A stretch of 64,000 bases of DNA from Nemertoderma westbladi (Eukaryota; Animalia; Xenacoelomorpha): NCBI GenBank assembly GCA_032718475.1, contig JAUCBJ010004174.1:1-64000 (forward strand), given 5' to 3'. The notes below the pieces were generated by a model. The model ran no database searches. It was given only the letters and a program-made list of their open reading frames with translations, and had not been told where the DNA came from. Position numbers and translations under genes: made by a program. Positions within the stretch are counted from its first letter, which is position 1. The number at the start of each line of letters is the position of its first letter. Shown here piece by piece: positions 63,178-64,000 of this stretch.

Positions 63178-64000
63178 ATGAGTAGGCCCAGTCCTAATAG
63201 TAGGCCTAGTGTTACTGGTGAATTAGGACTACCGGCACCATTGCCTATTACTCACGAACGACGACGGTTATTATCGGAGTTAAGAAGTTACATAAACCTT
63301 GGTGTTGAAGACATTAATCGTGTCACTGGTCGGAGCGACGGCGTTACCTGTAGGCTTACTAGCGGCACATCTAGAATGGTTACCGGTACCGGTACTGAAA
63401 GTGAAACGGCTTCTGATTCCGGCGATTCATCGGATAATGATTTTCGAGATGAGACAACGCGTTTGCGTCGGATACCTTCGACTACCGATACTGATAGGCT
63501 TCACCTTCCCTCACGCTCGTCCTCAAGTCATTTGCGCAACTCTCGTAGATTTTCGCGCGCGAAGAATAGGCCTCTGATAGGGAGCCTAGGTAAAGTTGGT
63601 CGGCCTTCTCAATCGACTAAAGTTGTTATCGTTAAACTTAAAGTTCGTTACATTAATTCCACGAATGCAGATAGCATCACCATTAGAAAGCCCTTGGGTG
63701 AGAGTAATTCTTTGAAGATGAGTCTACCAATGGATGCGAACTTATCGGTCGTTAAAAAGTTGATTCTCAATAAAATATTTATTGAAGAGCATAACCGTTG
63801 TTTGAGGGAGCAAGGATTTCCCTCAAACCGTAATTCTTATTCGTTTCAATTAACTAACTTACAAGGCGAGAAACTTAAGCCAAAGTTTTGTTCCCTTCGA
63901 CAGTATACATTGGAGCGGTGTGTTTTAGGATCCTTAAAAATCGCTGTTGTTGGAGAATTGCCCGAAGAGGATACCGGTAATGAGTTGGAGAACGATTCAA
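63178..64000 (+). CDS. Uninterrupted ORF of at least 274 aa running off the window; unknown, probably a transposon accessory protein
   Basis: Manual translation from AAAATGA gives MSRPSPNSRP...SDSGDSSDND...KVVIVKLKVRY...LKMSLPMDANLSVVKKLILNKIF...YSFQLTNLQGEKL..., with no stop. Absent from the ORF track because it has no stop in the window. Confidence 0.75.
   Translation, partial: MSRPSPNSRPSVTGELGLPAPLPITHERRRLLSELRSYINLGVEDINRVTGRSDGVTCRLTSGTSRMVTGTGTESETASDSGDSSDNDFRDETTRLRRIPSTTDTDRLHLPSRSSSSHLRNSRRFSRAKNRPLIGSLGKVGRPSQSTKVVIVKLKVRYINSTNADSITIRKPLGESNSLKMSLPMDANLSVVKKLILNKIFIEEHNRCLREQGFPSNRNSYSFQLTNLQGEKLKPKFCSLRQYTLERCVLGSLKIAVVGELPEEDTGNELENDS

Larger units (their letters stand above)
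62557..64000 (+). mobile_element. Probable left end of an IS3EU-type DNA transposon (partial)
   Basis: TACGGTGGCTGAAAGCGGCCAAAA resembles the TAYGG termini I recall for IS3EU. It is followed by a subterminal tandem array and a long ORF, and interrupts the last Helentron unit before its hairpin. The other end is not in the window. Confidence 0.5.

Noticed and set aside
63299-63577. 92-aa ORF from the track
   Set aside because: Lies out of frame inside the longer ATG-initiated ORF starting at 63178.

Overview
Repeat-rich animal (probably invertebrate) genomic DNA, not prokaryotic. Host genes: (i) the 5' part of a spliced minus-strand LRR gene (exons 3328-3725 and 1337-1560), with an intronless antisense Cys-rich single-pass membrane gene (692-1135) apparently nested in its next intron; (ii) the last 8 coding exons (45288 to 24452, minus, 845 codons in continuous phase) of a low-complexity acidic, Ser/Arg/Lys-rich protein gene. 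The main mobile element is a 15.9-kb degenerate BEL/Pao LTR retrotransposon (4938-20812, TSD CTAGG). In the env position it carries about 4.2 kb of extra coding sequence with a divergent DEDDy (WRN/mut-7/EXD-like) 3'-5' exonuclease fold followed by zinc knuckles. This is the best candidate for an undescribed system. Other notable structures: a 6.5-kb satellite of about 120 copies of a host exon/5' splice-site junction, a 15-kb head-to-tail array of Helentron-type non-autonomous elements from two families, and the left end of a probable IS3EU-type DNA transposon with a palindromic tandem array and an ORF running off the window. A piggyBac-like MITE, a fold-back element and scrambled RTE-like LINE pieces are also present. 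All domain calls are by-eye motif recognition; no searches were run.
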